From positions 47,370,001 to 47,434,000 of the forward strand of contig NW_024704742.1 of NCBI RefSeq assembly GCF_018977255.1: 64,000 nt of DNA, in the 5' to 3' direction. Within the stretch, counting starts at the first letter, position 1, and every line of letters starts with the position of its first letter. A program made the position numbers and the translations under genes. This document shows positions 12,187-25,964 of this stretch, piece by piece. A model generated the notes under the pieces. That model did no database searches. It was not told the origin of the DNA and was given only the letters and a program-made list of their open reading frames with translations. The stretch comes from Callorhinchus milii. Lineage: Eukaryota.

Positions 12187-14022
12187 ATTCTTTCTGGTCA
12201 AACAAAAGTGTGTGAATCTCCTGGAAGGGGAGGAGAGATAAAACCAGATAGGCAGTCCACCTTAACAGAGGTTGACCAAATGTTCATTCTTTGTATGCAT
12301 CATTGTAGTTACCACCACCAGCCTACATTGGACTTCATCACCCTCCTACCCCCACCCTCCCTGCCCTCCAGCCCTCCTGATCCTAATCTGCGTGGAGGGC
12401 ATTATATAAGTGCATTGTTGTTGTTAATACATAATTAATATGCCCACCTACAAACAACAACAAAATTACATTTAGATAGCGCCTTTCACATCGGGAGGAC
12501 ATCCCAAGACACTGCACGTCCCAAAACGCACAGTTACTGAATTTTACAATAAATCTTGTGAAGCACTTTGGGGTGTTCTCAGGTCATGAAGGCATTATAC
12601 CAAATGTAAGGATTATTGTTATTAATTTTTCAGATACACAGCCAGGATCATGTTGATGCAGCTAGTTTTAAACCACGAGTTAACTTCTCCCTGCTTTTGT
12701 TCCGAACTTCGTTTCTGTGCTTTATTTCTTTTTTATATGGGCAATTTTGTTAAAAATAAATGATTCCCCTTTTTAATGCACTTCTACCCACATCTCAAGT
12801 GAAGCAACCAGCATCCAGACATCTGCATCTGTCACCTTTGGCCAACCTCTGTTAAGGCTGGACTGCCTATCTGGTTTTATCTCTCCTCCCCTTCTAGGAG
12901 ATTCCACACTTTTGTTTGATCAGAAAGAATTAGGTTCCCTTTCACAATCTTTGACAAGAGGGGACAGGAGATGTGTAAGCCACCCCAAAATGACTAAATC
13001 TCAGGAAGTTCCTCTTATTATTAATACAATGAAATACTTAAACTTTCATTGTTGAATGTCACATTGATTTAGATAGACTGTGAAATTCAGATCAACCGAT
13101 TTCCATCAAAAGGTTATTGAAGGACTTAATTTGTTTGGACACTTCTGGGGATGAACCTATTGATTCTTACCTGCTCTTTTGTAATACAAATACTACACTC
13201 AACTAGTTCTTCTCTTCCAACCCCTTCCCCAAGGGCACATTGTGTGTCCTAATAAAGTTCCCATTAAACTTTGAACTTCTAAGAACTGATTGATGGGGAT
13301 TAAATGATAAGATATCCTTGAACTGGGAAGTTTATTAAGTTTGTCTTTATAACTGACAATTATGATTTCCTTGCCTTTAGCGAAGGATCCAAAATGCTTT
13401 GAACTGGAGTTGCATGAAAAAGGGAGTGGCTTGTTCATAAATAATATCTGATGAAGTTACTTCTGGTAATAAATCATTATGTCTCCTGATCATAGTTTGT
13501 GAAATGTATATAAGGTTTCTGTACTCTGGATTGGTTTATTTCTTGAATGACTTGAAATTTTCTTCCCAAATCAAAGAATGTTTTGAGATATATTAAGGCA
13601 CAATGAGAGAGTACTGTGAATAGCCAAAAATATAATTCTGTTATACAAAAACAAACAATGTTATACAAAAAAAGAACAAAAAATATTTCTGTTCGTCTTT
13701 TCAATCACTTATTTGACCTTCTGTGACCTTCTTTACCTGATACAGTAGTGTTTAGTTTGAGTACAACATTACAGCAATAGCAACAAATAAATGTTGCTTT
13801 GCAGTGACTTAAAGCATAAGTTTTAACATTTATCGGGTACAGGATACAACTAACTTGCAAAATTGTCACTGAAGAAATGTCTAATATAAATGATTATACA
13901 TGTTAAATGTCTCATTAAATTGTTGCAGTAATGATCCACTATTTCGACAATATTTTAAACACCATTCTCTTCCACAATTAAAATATTATGTTACTGTTAA
14001 TTAAGCAATTGAGAAATATTGT

Positions 14023-14278
14023 GGCCTGAGTTCAATTCCAGGCAGGGCGAAACCTTGGGCAAGTTTCCTTACTCCACACGCCTAATAATAATCCCTCCAA
14101 AAAACAAAAACAATAATAAATTGGTCATTTTCAATCTACGACTGTTTGTGGGACATTGCTGTGCGCAATTGGCTGCCGCGTTCGCCCACAAATATACAGT
14201 CAATTCACTTTACAGTCTATTCTGTGAAGCGCTTTGGGACGTCCTCCCGACGTGAAAAGCGCTATATCAAATGCAAGG

Positions 14279-14309
<31 letters not shown>
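14023..14309 (+). mobile_element. Young tRNA SINE, short variant, 5'-truncated, long (ATT)n tail
   Basis: Near-identical to 4905-5166. Confidence 0.92.
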
Positions 14310-14311
<2 letters not shown>

Positions 14312-14579
14312 TGCTAATGATTAGTTTTGCAAAATAAATTATTGAATGGAATTTGTAGAACAGCACACATAGTTAGTTGTCTGAGTGCCAACATAATTAG
14401 AATATCAACTATCTCTGTGATTTTTCAGCTATTAACAAGACAATGGGCATAATGTTATATAAGTCCTATGAGAACCAGCAATCCAAGTTAACACAACACG
14501 TAGATTGCCAGACTGCNAAAAAAGGCAGGAAAATGTAGATTCAGATGTCTGTGGAGAAGCCTTGGCATACCACATTTTC

Positions 14580-15100
14580 TTTTGGACAGTCAGATGACTG
14601 ACATGCTTAAAAGTATCCAAACCAAACCACCTAGAGCTTCACATACAGATGAAAATTCAATTTATCTGGTATGGGTTGCACTCTCTTTCCAGAGGCTGCA
14701 ACCTGCTCATTAAATCCCAGACATCTTAAGTGCAGATAACAATAACCAAGGCTCGGGCCCCCAGAGTGTACATTGGGGAGGTACTGCTGGAGTTGAACAG
14801 ACTAAAACTACACAGCTTGTCATTGCGAACATTGTCTGCCAAACTTTTCATTGCTTGTCCTACTAGGTCCATGAGGGCTTTGAGTTGCAGGGTTAACAGG
14901 AGCCAAAAAAAAAAATCCCAATCCTGTAACTGGTCTGCTCCTGCATGTCCTGCTAACAGTGCTGGCTCGGGGATCTTTTGGGTACTGTGGACCCATTTGA
15001 CTCAGGAACTGGACTGGGAAGTTCACCACAGAGTATTGACTTCATTTAAATATTCCACTGCCAGGCATGTCACCTTGGGGCCAACCCAGCCCCCAAAAGA
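14580..15100 (-). repeat. Unclassified dispersed repeat, long copy
   Basis: Homologous to 36440-36958(+) and to partial copies near 6470, 8300, 19570, 19780, 21540, 30545, 32830, 34570, 35415, 41620 and 42580. Confidence 0.75.
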
Positions 15101-15632
15101 CCCAGCTTAATCCCCCCACCCCTTCCAAAAGCAGGATAGTTATTAGTTGGTCAATAGATATCTGACAAGAACATGATTTAATATAGTGACTTTTTTTACT
15201 TGTTTATAACAAGATTTTCCACATGTGTTTGAGATGATATATTAGTGCAGCTTATTTATTATCCAAATAGAATAGAATGTGTATTGTTTGATAAATAACT
15301 CACTACAGTAATCAATAATAAACAGGTTCATTGATAATTAATGTATAAATCACATTATGTGAAAGGCACTTACATAAATGCAATTTGTTGTGTATGCATC
15401 TCCACCCAAATATGGTGACGCCCAAATCTACATTAAGCATCTAAGCTATCATTTATTTTATGTCGCAATAAAAAAAACGTGCTTACATTTTATCGTTCAA
15501 TGAACAGGTATTACCAGGTGTTTTTTTAAACATAGTCTGCACATTTATATTCTTACAAGAATGTGTGTATATTGTGTGCTCCTTAGTTACCTCCTCTATG
15601 CCTCTGTTGGTGCATGTTGTAGATTAGTTAGC

Positions 15633-15925
15633 TAGCGCTTTGGGACGTCCTCCCGACGTGAAAGGCGCTTTATAAATGTAATTTTGTTGTTGGTGTTGTA
15701 CTGATTTAGATTTCACCTGTGTGCTCAAGTCAAGAGATCAGCTTAAATTCGTCAGTCTGAAACAGATAATAATAATAATGATAATAATAATAATAATAAT
15801 AATCGTTGCATTTGATGTAGAAATCCTTGCCCTAACATATCATTGAGACGTCTCCAAGCACTTCACGCAATCTACTGTAAAGTTAAGTGACTGTATTTTG
15901 TGGGTGAAATGCGGCAGCCATTTAT
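15633..15925. mobile_element. L2 tail (+, 15633-15698) and SINE 3' end (-, 15766-15925) with an (AAT)n tract
   Basis: GCGCTTTGGGACGTCCTCCCGACGTGAAAGGCGC...(TTG), then an antisense SINE tail. Confidence 0.8.
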
Positions 15926-17069
15926 AATCAATTGCCTAATTTATGTCACTAAGTTAACTGTTCCATTTCTCTTAACCGTGTAAAAGAAGCTTACTCTGGT
16001 TGATAAGGGTTTCAACCATTATTTCTCACCTGTGAACTATTTTAGCTCATAGTTTGGTCTCTATTACTTAGAACCACAGAACCATAGAAATGTACAGCAC
16101 AGAAGAAGGCCATTTAGCCTATCATGTTTGTAGAACATTGTTGTGAGCTAATTAATTGACTGTCACATTTGCCTACAAATTCGCTATACTTTGAAGTGAA
16201 TCTTATGAAACATTTTAGGTCGTCCTTCCAACATGAAAAACGCTATGTAAAATGAAAGTAAGGGTTAGGCTTATTTTTGTTCCTTTATGAACCATTTTAA
16301 TTTATGGTTTGGTCTCCGTTACGTGGAACCATAAAATATTACAACACAGAAAACGGCTGTAAAGAAGAAGGTTTCAATTCCGCATTGAAGGCCATTAAAA
16401 GCAATCCTAGTTATTTATTAACCTTGGGAGAGGCAGGACTGAAGAATGCAATAGGAGTACAATAGTCACTTGGCTGAGTATGAGCTATGAAGCAATTACC
16501 CACTGGAGAGATTTGGAAACATCTTCCAATGTTTTCCACTGAAATTCACAATAAAAATCATCAGAAGATATTTCCAAATCTCTCCATCAATGTTAACTGC
16601 TTGATAGCTTGTGTTTGACCAAGTGACTGTTGCGCTAGTATCAGGAAAGGTGAGGATTACATTCAGGCAGGTCATTTACAGCTCTTTAATGCTGTGCACC
16701 AAGTTTATTCTATAAAACTAAATTGTGGTGCATTTATTCTGAAAGAATTAAAGGGAATTTACATTAAAAGAGTGAAAATGTTCTGGTAAGAATGATAATG
16801 CCGATTATTGATCATTATAGGATCGGATTTGATGATGATGACAATAATATCGCCACAACAAGGTGATTATTGGAATGTGTCCAGGATACATTAGTGATGA
16901 TTTATAATGGAAAAACATGGCAAAAAGTGAGAGAAAAGACGTTGCTTCTGCAGCAGAAGAGGGGCCGATGACCTGAAACAGTCTCTACAATGAGGTGGCT
17001 CCAATCGTATTGGAAGAGGGTATCATTTTAGGGCAGCTTGGCTAGTAAACCGGGAGGAATGGGAAGAAA

Positions 17070-17450
17070 TAGCCTGGCTCAGTTGGAAGCACTCTCGCCT
17101 CTGAGTCATAAGGTTGTGGCTTCAAGCCTGAGTTCGGGACTTAGTGCTAAAGTCCAGGCTAACAGTGCAGTCCTTGGGGAGTGCTGCTTTGCCAGAGGTG
17201 CCATCTTTCAGATGAGACATTAAAAGAAGGTCCCATTTGCCTGTTCAAGTATGCTTTAAAAGATGCTGTGAAAGCATTTGAAAAGAGAAGGGAGTTTCTC
17301 CCAGATAAGATTAGTCATTCTCACCACATGGCTGTTTGTGGTACATTAGTGTGTGCCACATTTGCCTATTATAAACTTCCCATTGTGGGAGATTGAACCC
17401 ACAATCTTTTAACCCAGACACAGAGAATGCTACTAACTGACTCAGAGTGA
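17070..17450. mobile_element. Old DeuSINE-like SINE (+) joined to an antisense SINE head (17385-17450)
   Basis: AGCCTGGCTCAGTTGGAAGCACTCTCGCCTCTGAGTCA head. GAACCCACAATC...TGCTACTAACTGA is the antisense head. Confidence 0.7.
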
Positions 17451-18234
17451 TAGCGAACATGCTAAACAAATGCTATTCAGTTCACTGGTATCGTCATCTC
17501 TGCCAAATGTTTCTGAAGGGATAGGTGTATTGCTTCTGGGCAATGCATTTATTATTCAAGGCTGCAGATATTGATCTTATCTACCATTGTTTGCCTCGCA
17601 ACCAGACAACTGTATAATTGTATCTCATTGATTAAAATCCAATTAAATTAATACGGAGATGAATCAGAGGCAAAGCTTATGTAAGGTACCAAAACAAGCT
17701 CACTTTTTCCCCAACAATTCAGAATGTGGTCCATTGTGCATTTGGCCCAAACAATCTGTGTGTCACAACAGCACACAACCACCAAAAAAGAGCGTTCGAT
17801 GGAAAAAAAAAACTCCAGATGGTTGGTACAGTATTCATACTACTGGGTTTGCTGTTGTTATAAGGGGCATGTTGAAGGTGAAGTGCTTTTAGTTGTACAG
17901 TTGTTCATGTAGAATACTCAACTCTATTTTTGACACCACTTTCTGCAGCTGCAAATACAACAACATGAATCATGCCTGGCTTGGTGTCTCTTTGGAAGTG
18001 AACTTGGAAGTATTGCATTTAATTAAAAATGCGCTTTGAGACATTACGCTGTATCAAAGTTGTTAAATCAAGTTGTTGTTGTTGTTGTTGTGGTATTTCA
18101 TCAAATGTTATCTCCATGCTTGAAATCCTCTCAGTTCCATACCCATTTGCTTCCTACTTTCTCTGATTTCTACTTTCTTGTTCTATAGCTGTTTGAAAAC
18201 ACTTTGCTTCACAAACACACTCTTTACTATTTCC

Positions 18235-18675
18235 TACACTCCACGACCCTATCACCCCCATCTTCGCCTGACTCCACTGGCTTCCCATCACACAGTTCAA
18301 GAACCTAGTCCTCACCTTCAAAGCCCTCCATGGTCTTGCTCCCCTCTACCTCTGTGACCTCCATTCAGCGGGCTCCGACCTGCTTCACATCGCCCGCCTC
18401 ACTCGCCCCATTATTGTCGGTCGAGCCCTCTGCCCCATTCTCTGGAACTCCATCCCGCAGTCCCTCCACCTCGGCCCCTCCCTTGTCACCTTCAAGGCCC
18501 ATCTCAAGAACCTCCTCTTCAACCGTGCTTTCAGTTTCCCTGCTTCCCCCCTGCCCTCCACCCTCCCCGACCCTGACCCCTGCTTGGGTCCGAAACTCTG
18601 TCTGTCCAGCGCTTTGGGACATCCTCCTGACGTGAAAGGTGCTATACAAATCTAATTTTATTGTTGTTGTTGTTT
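18235..18675 (+). mobile_element. L2 LINE 3' fragment, degenerate
   Basis: ATCACCCCCATCTTCGCCTGACTCCACTGGCTTCCC (ITP.L..LHWLP motif) through the stem-loop tail and (TTG)n. Confidence 0.88.
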
Positions 18676-19569
18676 CACTGTCACTGGATCACCCTCTCTG
18701 GTTTGCTATTCAGAGGAAAAATGTGAGAGGTGATAGGTTATCCTCATTACCAGTGAAAGGAACAGACTGATTTCAATGATGTTGATTGCTTTAATTCCCT
18801 GTGAAGAGAATTGTAACCCATCATGGAGTTACAGGGAGCATTAAGTGACAAATTGATCTGGAAATCATTGGTGATTCTTGTGGCTATAAGATGAGGGGTG
18901 GGAGTATAGAAAAACGGATCACTGATCAGCACTTTACACCCGATGTCCAAATCCACTCTTAACACAGAGCAGACATATCTTCTCCTACAGGAACTAATGT
19001 GCAATATTTTCAAAAGGGGTGGGAAAGTGTTATTCTGGGCATCCTTGGACAGCCTGAGAAGTTGGAATGGGGTCAGCAATTTCCAACAGATGTCAAATGT
19101 AAGAAATGGGAATGGTGTTTGGCTTCAAACATTTTTTGCCATTTGACCCATTCAGAATCAGGGTTAATGCTTGTCCTAGCTGCAGCCTGGTTTAGAGAGA
19201 GTTAGAGGATTCCTAACCATACTCAGCTAGGACAATTATTAAAGATAATAATAGGGTTCCTTTATCCATGAGCTGAGGGTGTGCTGCAATCTTTCTTTAA
19301 CATTTAGTTGAAACTTGGTTCAGTTCATAAATAAAATTCTGAGGCCAACTTCTCTCTTTAAAGGGAGTATGCCTTCTTGAGATAAATGTGTGTCATTTTT
19401 GCTGCAGTAGTTTTTGGTTCTTTTCCTGGAAACAATTGAAACTTGAATGTGCACATCATGTGCCTGAGGCAAGATGCATTTTCAGTGCAACTACTTTATT
19501 AGCATGTGAAGAAATGAAAGCAGAAAATTTGAGTTAACTGACTAATGTTTGAGAGAAAATAGTTTTGAA

Positions 19570-20148
19570 ATGCCAGACTGCTCTCAATGATAAGTTGTGC
19601 AGTTTTAGCTGGTTAAATTCCAGAAGTACCCCAACGCATACACTGGGGTCCTCAAGTCTTGGCTCTTGCCAACCTGCTTCAGGGTTGTGGAGAACAGGTT
19701 TAGAATAGACGCTGGGAATTATTCCTTTGCTTTTGAACGATGAGATAAAACACAGGGGGCAGGGATTCTTCCCACTCAACTCCTGTTAACTGCAAGACAG
19801 AGCCCTAACTGGCGGGTGGTCCAAGCTGGATGAGCAGCAGGAAGCTTGCAGACAGTGCTTTCAATGGTTAGCTGTATGGTTTGGGCTGGATAAACTTCAA
19901 CAGTACCCCAACGCGCATTCTGGGGCCCCCAGGTCTTGGCTCTTGGCAACCTGTGCCTAATACTTTCAGGGATTAGTTAAGCAGTGTAAATTCCTCCACT
20001 ACAGTGTGCTTTCCACTCCAGACCAATTGAAAAATGTCCATGTGTAAGTGGCATATATACTGTATGTGGAACTCTCAGTCTGGTTTAGATACTCTTAAGC
20101 ATGGTGGTGGGTTTCTGCATGTGTCAGACACCCGGGTGACCAAAACAA
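19570..20148 (+). repeat. Unclassified dispersed repeat, two partial tandem copies
   Basis: TTTTAGCTGGTTAAATTCCAGAAGTACCCCAACGCA...TCTTGGCTCTTG occurs twice. Ends GTCAGACACCCGGGTGACCAAAA. Confidence 0.7.
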
Positions 20149-20404
20149 TGTAGAGAATACAGGCATTGATTCATAGCTGGTCCAGCCAAGAATATCCTGG
20201 CCACGAGAGCACTGGCTTACAGGACTAGCAGCAAAGGAAGAATCCAAGCCCCCAGTGGAATTTGCACCCCCGCAAGTTCTGTTCAGGAGCCAAGCAGTCT
20301 GCTCAATCATTAAACTTGTTCTGAAGTGCAGAACTGCTTGGCTCAGATATCAGATCACTAAATAAGTGGTATTTCCTTGGAGTTGCACTGGCTCTAAGGT
20401 GGTA

Positions 20405-21362
20405 ATCATCCTCTTTCTGTCTCCCTCCCCTGTCCTTTGTTGTCTCTAATGGCTTCTCCTCCAGTCCCTGCACTGTCACATCTGGTGTCCCCCAGGGCTC
20501 TGTCCTTGGCCCTCTCCTCTTTAATATCTACATGCTCCCCCTTGGTGACATCATCCGCAGACATGGGGTCAACTTCCATATGTATGCGGATGACACACAA
20601 CTCTTATCTTTCTGCCTCCACCCTCAACTCCAGGACCACTGCTGTCCTGACAGACTGCCTGTCAGACATCAAGTCCTGGATGAGGGCAAATTTCCTACAG
20701 TTGAATGTGAACAAGACTGAGGCCCTCCTGATTCACTCGCGCCAACGCCTCAGCACCTCAGGCTCTGACAGCATCAACCTCCAACCTCACACTACAACTC
20801 ACCAAGCCAGTCAGGAACCTAGGTGTCTTGTTCTTCCCTCAACTGTCTTTTCTTCCCCACATCCAAGCCTTGACCCGCTCTGCCTTTCCTCAAGTCTGAC
20901 CCCATCACTCCCACCCTCGCCCGACTCCACTGGCTCCCCATCCTTCAGAGGATCGAATTCAAGATTCTCGTCGTCATTTTCAAGGCCATCCATGGCCTTG
21001 CCCCCTCCTATCTCTCTGACCTGCTGACTCCTTACTAACCTGCCCACTCCCTCCGTTCAGCTGGCTCCGGTTTGCTCCATGTCTCCCGCCCGACCCGCCC
21101 TACCATCGGTGGCCCGGCTTTCAGCCTCTCTGCCGCCACACTCTGGAACTCCATCCCACAGTCCCTTCGCCTCACTTCCTCCCTTGCCTCCTTCAAGGCC
21201 GGTCTCAACACCCTCCTCTTCGATCATGCCTTCAGTCGCCCTCCCATCTCTCTGCTTTCCCTCACCCCTACCCCACCCTTCCCCCATGCTCGGGTCTTGA
21301 CCCCTGACTGTCCAGCGCCTTGGGACATTCTCCCGACGTGAAATGTAATTTTGTTGTTGTTG
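20405..21362 (+). mobile_element. L2 LINE 3' fragment with internal deletion
   Basis: [24 protein letters not shown] and TDCLSDIKSWMRANFLQLNVNKTEALL, then a 3' tail with (TTG)n. Confidence 0.92.
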
Positions 21363-21539
21363 TAGTAATGGAAGGTCAGAACCGAGTCAATCCTTTGTAG
21401 CAGTCTCAGTTCTCTGATTACTGAACCAGGTCGGTTTGCAATACTTCAGGGTACTATTGATGACAGCCCAGCCAGCCTGGCTCATCAGCAGATCTTGACC
21501 GTCAGTCCCTTCACCGGGTACATGGATTCTTCTCACTCA

Positions 21540-21870
21540 GCTCTTGTTACCCCTGCAAATGAAAGCTCTAATGGCGAACCTACCTGGAAAAGTTACGGGA
21601 AGATTGCTAAACAATTCTCTTAAAATATGCCATTTTAGTTGGTTAAACTCCAGCAATACCTCGATGCATACTCTGGGGAATCCAACACTTGGCTCTTGGC
21701 AAGCTGCATCTAATACTCTCAAAATTAGGTTGGCAGGATGTGTCCCTCCAGGGAGAGAGTGTGCATTCCATTCCAGACTCCAGAATTTCCAATGTGTAGG
21801 TGGGATGTATGGAACTCTGTCTGGTTTGGTGGGTTTCCACATGTGTCAAATACCCGGCCAACCAATAAAA
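21540..21870 (+). repeat. Unclassified dispersed repeat
   Basis: Same family as 14580-15100 and 36440-36958. Confidence 0.7.
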
Positions 21871-21970
21871 TGTTACCACAGTAAGTTATCTCCGATCTGC
21901 TCCATCATTAGTAGAGGAGTCACTACAGAATAGGAAGGAGCAAAGTCAGACCTCAAACAGATGACAATTT

Positions 21971-22315
21971 GGAGTCCTGTAGCTCAGTGGTTAGAGCACT
22001 CACCTCACAAGCAAGAGGACCTGGATTTGATTCCTAGACAGGATGAAACGTTGGGCAGGTTTTACTTATTCCACACGCCTCTGTTTACCTAGCAGTAAGT
22101 AGGAACCCAGTGGTTAGTCGATTTGCAGATCGCTTTTCCAGGGGTAATAATCCCTCCAAAAAAAAATAATAATTTGGTCACGACTGTTTGTGGGACAACA
22201 CTGCTGTGCCCAAATGGCTGCTGTGTTTCTCCCACAAAATTTACAGTCAATTCACTTTTGTGACATCTCAAAGACATGATAAGGTGCTTTATCAAATGCA
22301 AGGTTTATTAATTAT
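21971..22315 (+). mobile_element. tRNA SINE, long variant
   Basis: Same head and tail as the short variant, plus an internal CTGTTTACCTAGCAGTAAGTAGGAACCC...GATCGCTTTTCC segment. Confidence 0.88.
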
Positions 22316-22730
22316 TTTTCTTATTATTAATTATCTCTTCCCCCCTCACCACCACCAAAAGGAAAATCACAAATTTATTATCAAAAACTGATAATGTAAA
22401 AGATCCAAAACCTTCATGTTCTTAAAGATGCTTCTCTTACCTCTTTACAGTGGTCCAGCTCCAGTAAATCCCATTAACCACAAGCAACAGCAAAATGACT
22501 GTATAATATATCAAATTGATGCTTTTGAATTGAACCATTAAAATGGAGGTAATAGTACAAATTAAAGGAATCAACACATACAATTGTGCAGGTTAATGGG
22601 AGTGAGTAAGATACAGCTGGGGCCATTTCAAGTGTTTACATTGTCAGTCATTAACTAAATGACATTTTTCTCTTTGTTATGTATTGAAGGTACTTCCTGA
22701 AACTTTAAATTTGTGTTAATTTAACTATTC

Positions 22731-23108
22731 AGAGTCCCGTAGTGTTGTGGTTAGTGCACTTGCCTCATAAATGAGTGAGTCCAGGTTCAATTCCTGGCTG
22801 GGGCGAAACCTTAGGCAACTTTCCACACACCTCTGTTTGCTAGGAAGTAAGTAGAAACCGGGTTGTTAGTGATTGGCGGATCGCTTTCCGGAGAGAAAAA
22901 AAAACAGGTAAGCCGGATTTGTTTTTCAAAAAAAACAATTAGGTTGCTCAATCCACGACTGTTTGTGGACACTGTGGTAGACTGCCACATTTTGCCCACA
23001 AAATACAGTCAATTCACTTTACACTATATTCTGTGAAGCACTTTGAGGCATCTCAATGTGATAAGGCACTATGTCAAGTGCAAGGATTATTTTTACAGAA
23101 TTATTATT
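22731..23108 (+). mobile_element. tRNA SINE, long variant, diverged
   Basis: Homologous to 21971-22315. Confidence 0.82.
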
Positions 23109-23149
23109 AATGAAACCAACTGTTCCATTTAAAAAAAGATTTTCTGGTT

Positions 23150-23350
23150 TCTTTGGCTCCATCATTGTTAAGTGTCCTGCCCTCTGTCACCTTTCCTGGC
23201 AACTTGTTCCAGTTGTTGTTTACCCTCTGTGTAAAGACAAACTTCCTGAAATTGCCCTTTACAATTCTCAACCTGCATCCTATTTTTCTACTGCCTTGTT
23301 GTATCCGAAAATATTGATCTAGGTTTACTTTTTCAATACCATTTAAATCC
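23150..23350 (-). mobile_element. Degenerate CR1 fragment
   Basis: Minus-strand ORF contains RKFVFTQRVNNNWNKLPGKV, the CR1 ORF2 C-terminal motif. Confidence 0.7.
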
Positions 23351-24112
23351 CATCCCCTAGCCCCAGCTATGAACATTGATAAAGCATTGACAATTATTAT
23401 CTACCTTATGCACTTCAGGAGTAGAGTATTTTAAATAGCACCAGTTAGGTGGGTCCTGAGTAACTGTTTAATGCATTTACTGAAGTATCAGGCTAGACTG
23501 TTAGCTCAAATCCCGACATGGGGTTTGAACCCACAATTATCTGATCCAGAGATGAAAGTGCTACTGACTGAGCTAAGATGAGAAGGGCTCAAATATTTTG
23601 AGAGAGGTGTACATTTTCCCTAAAACATGACAGCAGGTGGTGAAGTGGCACAACCAATAGCAGTGTGGCATGTATGGGGCTTTCAGACTCCGTAGTTAGT
23701 GAGATTTACAAGTTCTCATCACCTAGCAGCACCCGAAAGCTGGAGGACACAGTCATTCAACCTGACCAGTGACTACTGGAACCTAGGTATGCTCTATTGC
23801 CTTCAGAAGGCAGGGTCGCTGTCTATGTCTCCTTTATCCTGTGTCTTGTGTCATGACAACATACCGGCTGGTCAATCTTCTGCACTGTAGCCCTGAACAG
23901 ATCAAGATGCTTCAAAAGACTTGAACGTGGATCATGAAGTCAATTTATCTTTGTTCAACTTTCAACCACAGTAATGATCTTTAAAAGCATAGTTTCAGCT
24001 AATGGAATTGGTGAAAAATACACAACAAAAACAACAACAACTTGCACTTATATAGCACCCTCCACGCAGGGTAGCATCTCAGAGCGCTTAACAGTGGGGC
24101 AGCCTGACTCCC

Positions 24113-24487
24113 AAGTCCTGTAGCTCAGTGGTTAGAGCACTTGCCACACAAGCGAAAGACCTGGGTTCGATTCCTGGCAGGGCGAAATGTTGGACAAAGT
24201 TTCCTTACTCCACACAGCTCTGTTTACCTAGCAGGAAGTAGGAACCCGTTTGTTAGTCGATTGTCGGATTGCTTTTCCGGGATAACAATTCCTTCAAAAA
24301 AATAATAATAATAAATCGGTCACTTCAACCCATGACTGTTTGTGGGACACTGCTGTACGTAATTGGCTGCCGTGTTTCGCCCACAAATATACAATCAATT
24401 CACTTTACAGTATATTCTGTGAAGCGCCTTGAGACGTCTCGAAGACGTGATAAGGTGGAAAATCACTTGCAAGGATTATTGTTATTA
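24113..24487 (+). mobile_element. tRNA SINE, long variant
   Basis: Head with B-box GGTTCGATTCC, internal CTGTTTACCTAGCAG segment, L2-like tail. Confidence 0.9.
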
Positions 24488-25079
24488 AAGACAAATGTTA
24501 GCTGATAGTTAGAACTTGCATGCATAAACATCATATAAAATATAAATATCAGTGAAAATCAGAGTGGCCAGGGCTCAGGAGCAAGAGAATCTGTCTGCTC
24601 TTTTACTCTTTTCAAATGTTCCACATTTCTCAGTCCAGAGGGAACTTCATGTTAACATGTCAACTTTGTCCATAATCATATTTTATTTAAAACAAAATAA
24701 TTCACTATATTCAAGGAGGAGTGCATTCTTCACAAAATTTACATTTTATTTTCAAGGATCAAAAAAAACTATGATACTGTCTTACTGACATAACATATGC
24801 CAAGTGAAAATGGAAGTATTTATTCAGTGAAATATTCAATTGCAAAAGAAGCTAAATCAGGATGTTTTCAGCTTGCATGAGAATAACAGAAACTGGGCAG
24901 GCTGATCCTCAGTTACAAAGAAAATATTTCTTAAAGATTATTGTGAGATATGTGATAACAATGTAAGGTACCACAGGAATTTTGTTTACAAAGGGGCCCA
25001 TGCTGAGTCGCTTTAACATGAGCTCAATAGTTTCTTATTTTCTCTGCCCCATCATAAAGAGAGATCTGGATGAAGAAGA

Positions 25080-25412
25080 TCTCCCCATGGTTGGAGAATC
25101 TAAAACTAGGAGTCATAGTCTCCAGATTAAGGGTCAGCCTTTTCGAACTGAGTTGAAGAAACATTTCTTCACTCAGAGGGTAGTGAATTTGTGGAATTCT
25201 CTATCCCAGAAGGTGGTGGATGCTCAGTCCTTGAACATATTTAGGACTGAGGTTGATAGATTTCTAAAGGATAGAGGGATTAAGGGATTTGGGGACAGGA
25301 CAGGTAAATGGAATTAGGTTAGAAGATCAGCCATGATCTTATTAAATGGCGGGGCAGGCTCGAGGGGCCGAATGGCCTACTCCTGCTCCTACTTCTTATG
25401 GTCTTATGGTCT
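25080..25412 (+). mobile_element. CR1 3' fragment
   Basis: KTRSHSLQIKGQPFRTELKKHFFTQRVVNLWNSL, with a (TCTTATGG)n tail. Same subfamily as 1753-2820. Confidence 0.92.
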
Positions 25413-25964
25413 AAGGTCCTTCAAGTAATTCAATCTCATTATTCTGAAATCCCCTCCCAGCATCTTCCCATTGCAGCTCAAGCTGTTTCTTAAATGTTTC
25501 TACAGTCTCCTGGCCTGTACCATCCTTCCTGCTAATCTGTTCCAGTTGTTGATTCCAGTTGTTGGCTCCCACCCCTAGCTTGGGTGCCCATCTGGCACTG
25601 TAAAAGGCTTTGAGACGTCCTTCCAATATGAAAGGCGCCATATAACTGTAAATTGTGTTGTATTGCATTGATTATCCTCTGCAAAGAGTATAACTCAGGT
25701 CAGTGGGACTTACATGAAGAAGACTTTTTTTATTTCCTGCAGAAGACTCTTTTTATATCCCAAAACATGATTTTCAGCATCAAAATGTCATTTACACTGC
25801 TATTTTCCCAACAAACATTTTTTCAACCCCAATTGTTTCTCCTACAATATTTTCACAGCTGATTCCATAAGCAGATTTTCTCATTTCTTGCCATCTGGAC
25901 TGCAGTTTCACCTCTGTCCTCCGGTATATGATCCTGGGTAAATGCTATAATTAATAAATAATAA

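Noticed and set aside
16821..16862. Micro-exon-like IGFDDDDNNIATT, reminiscent of PIAS 'SEIATTS'
   Set aside because: Too short, weak splice sites, and no other PIAS exon found in the window.
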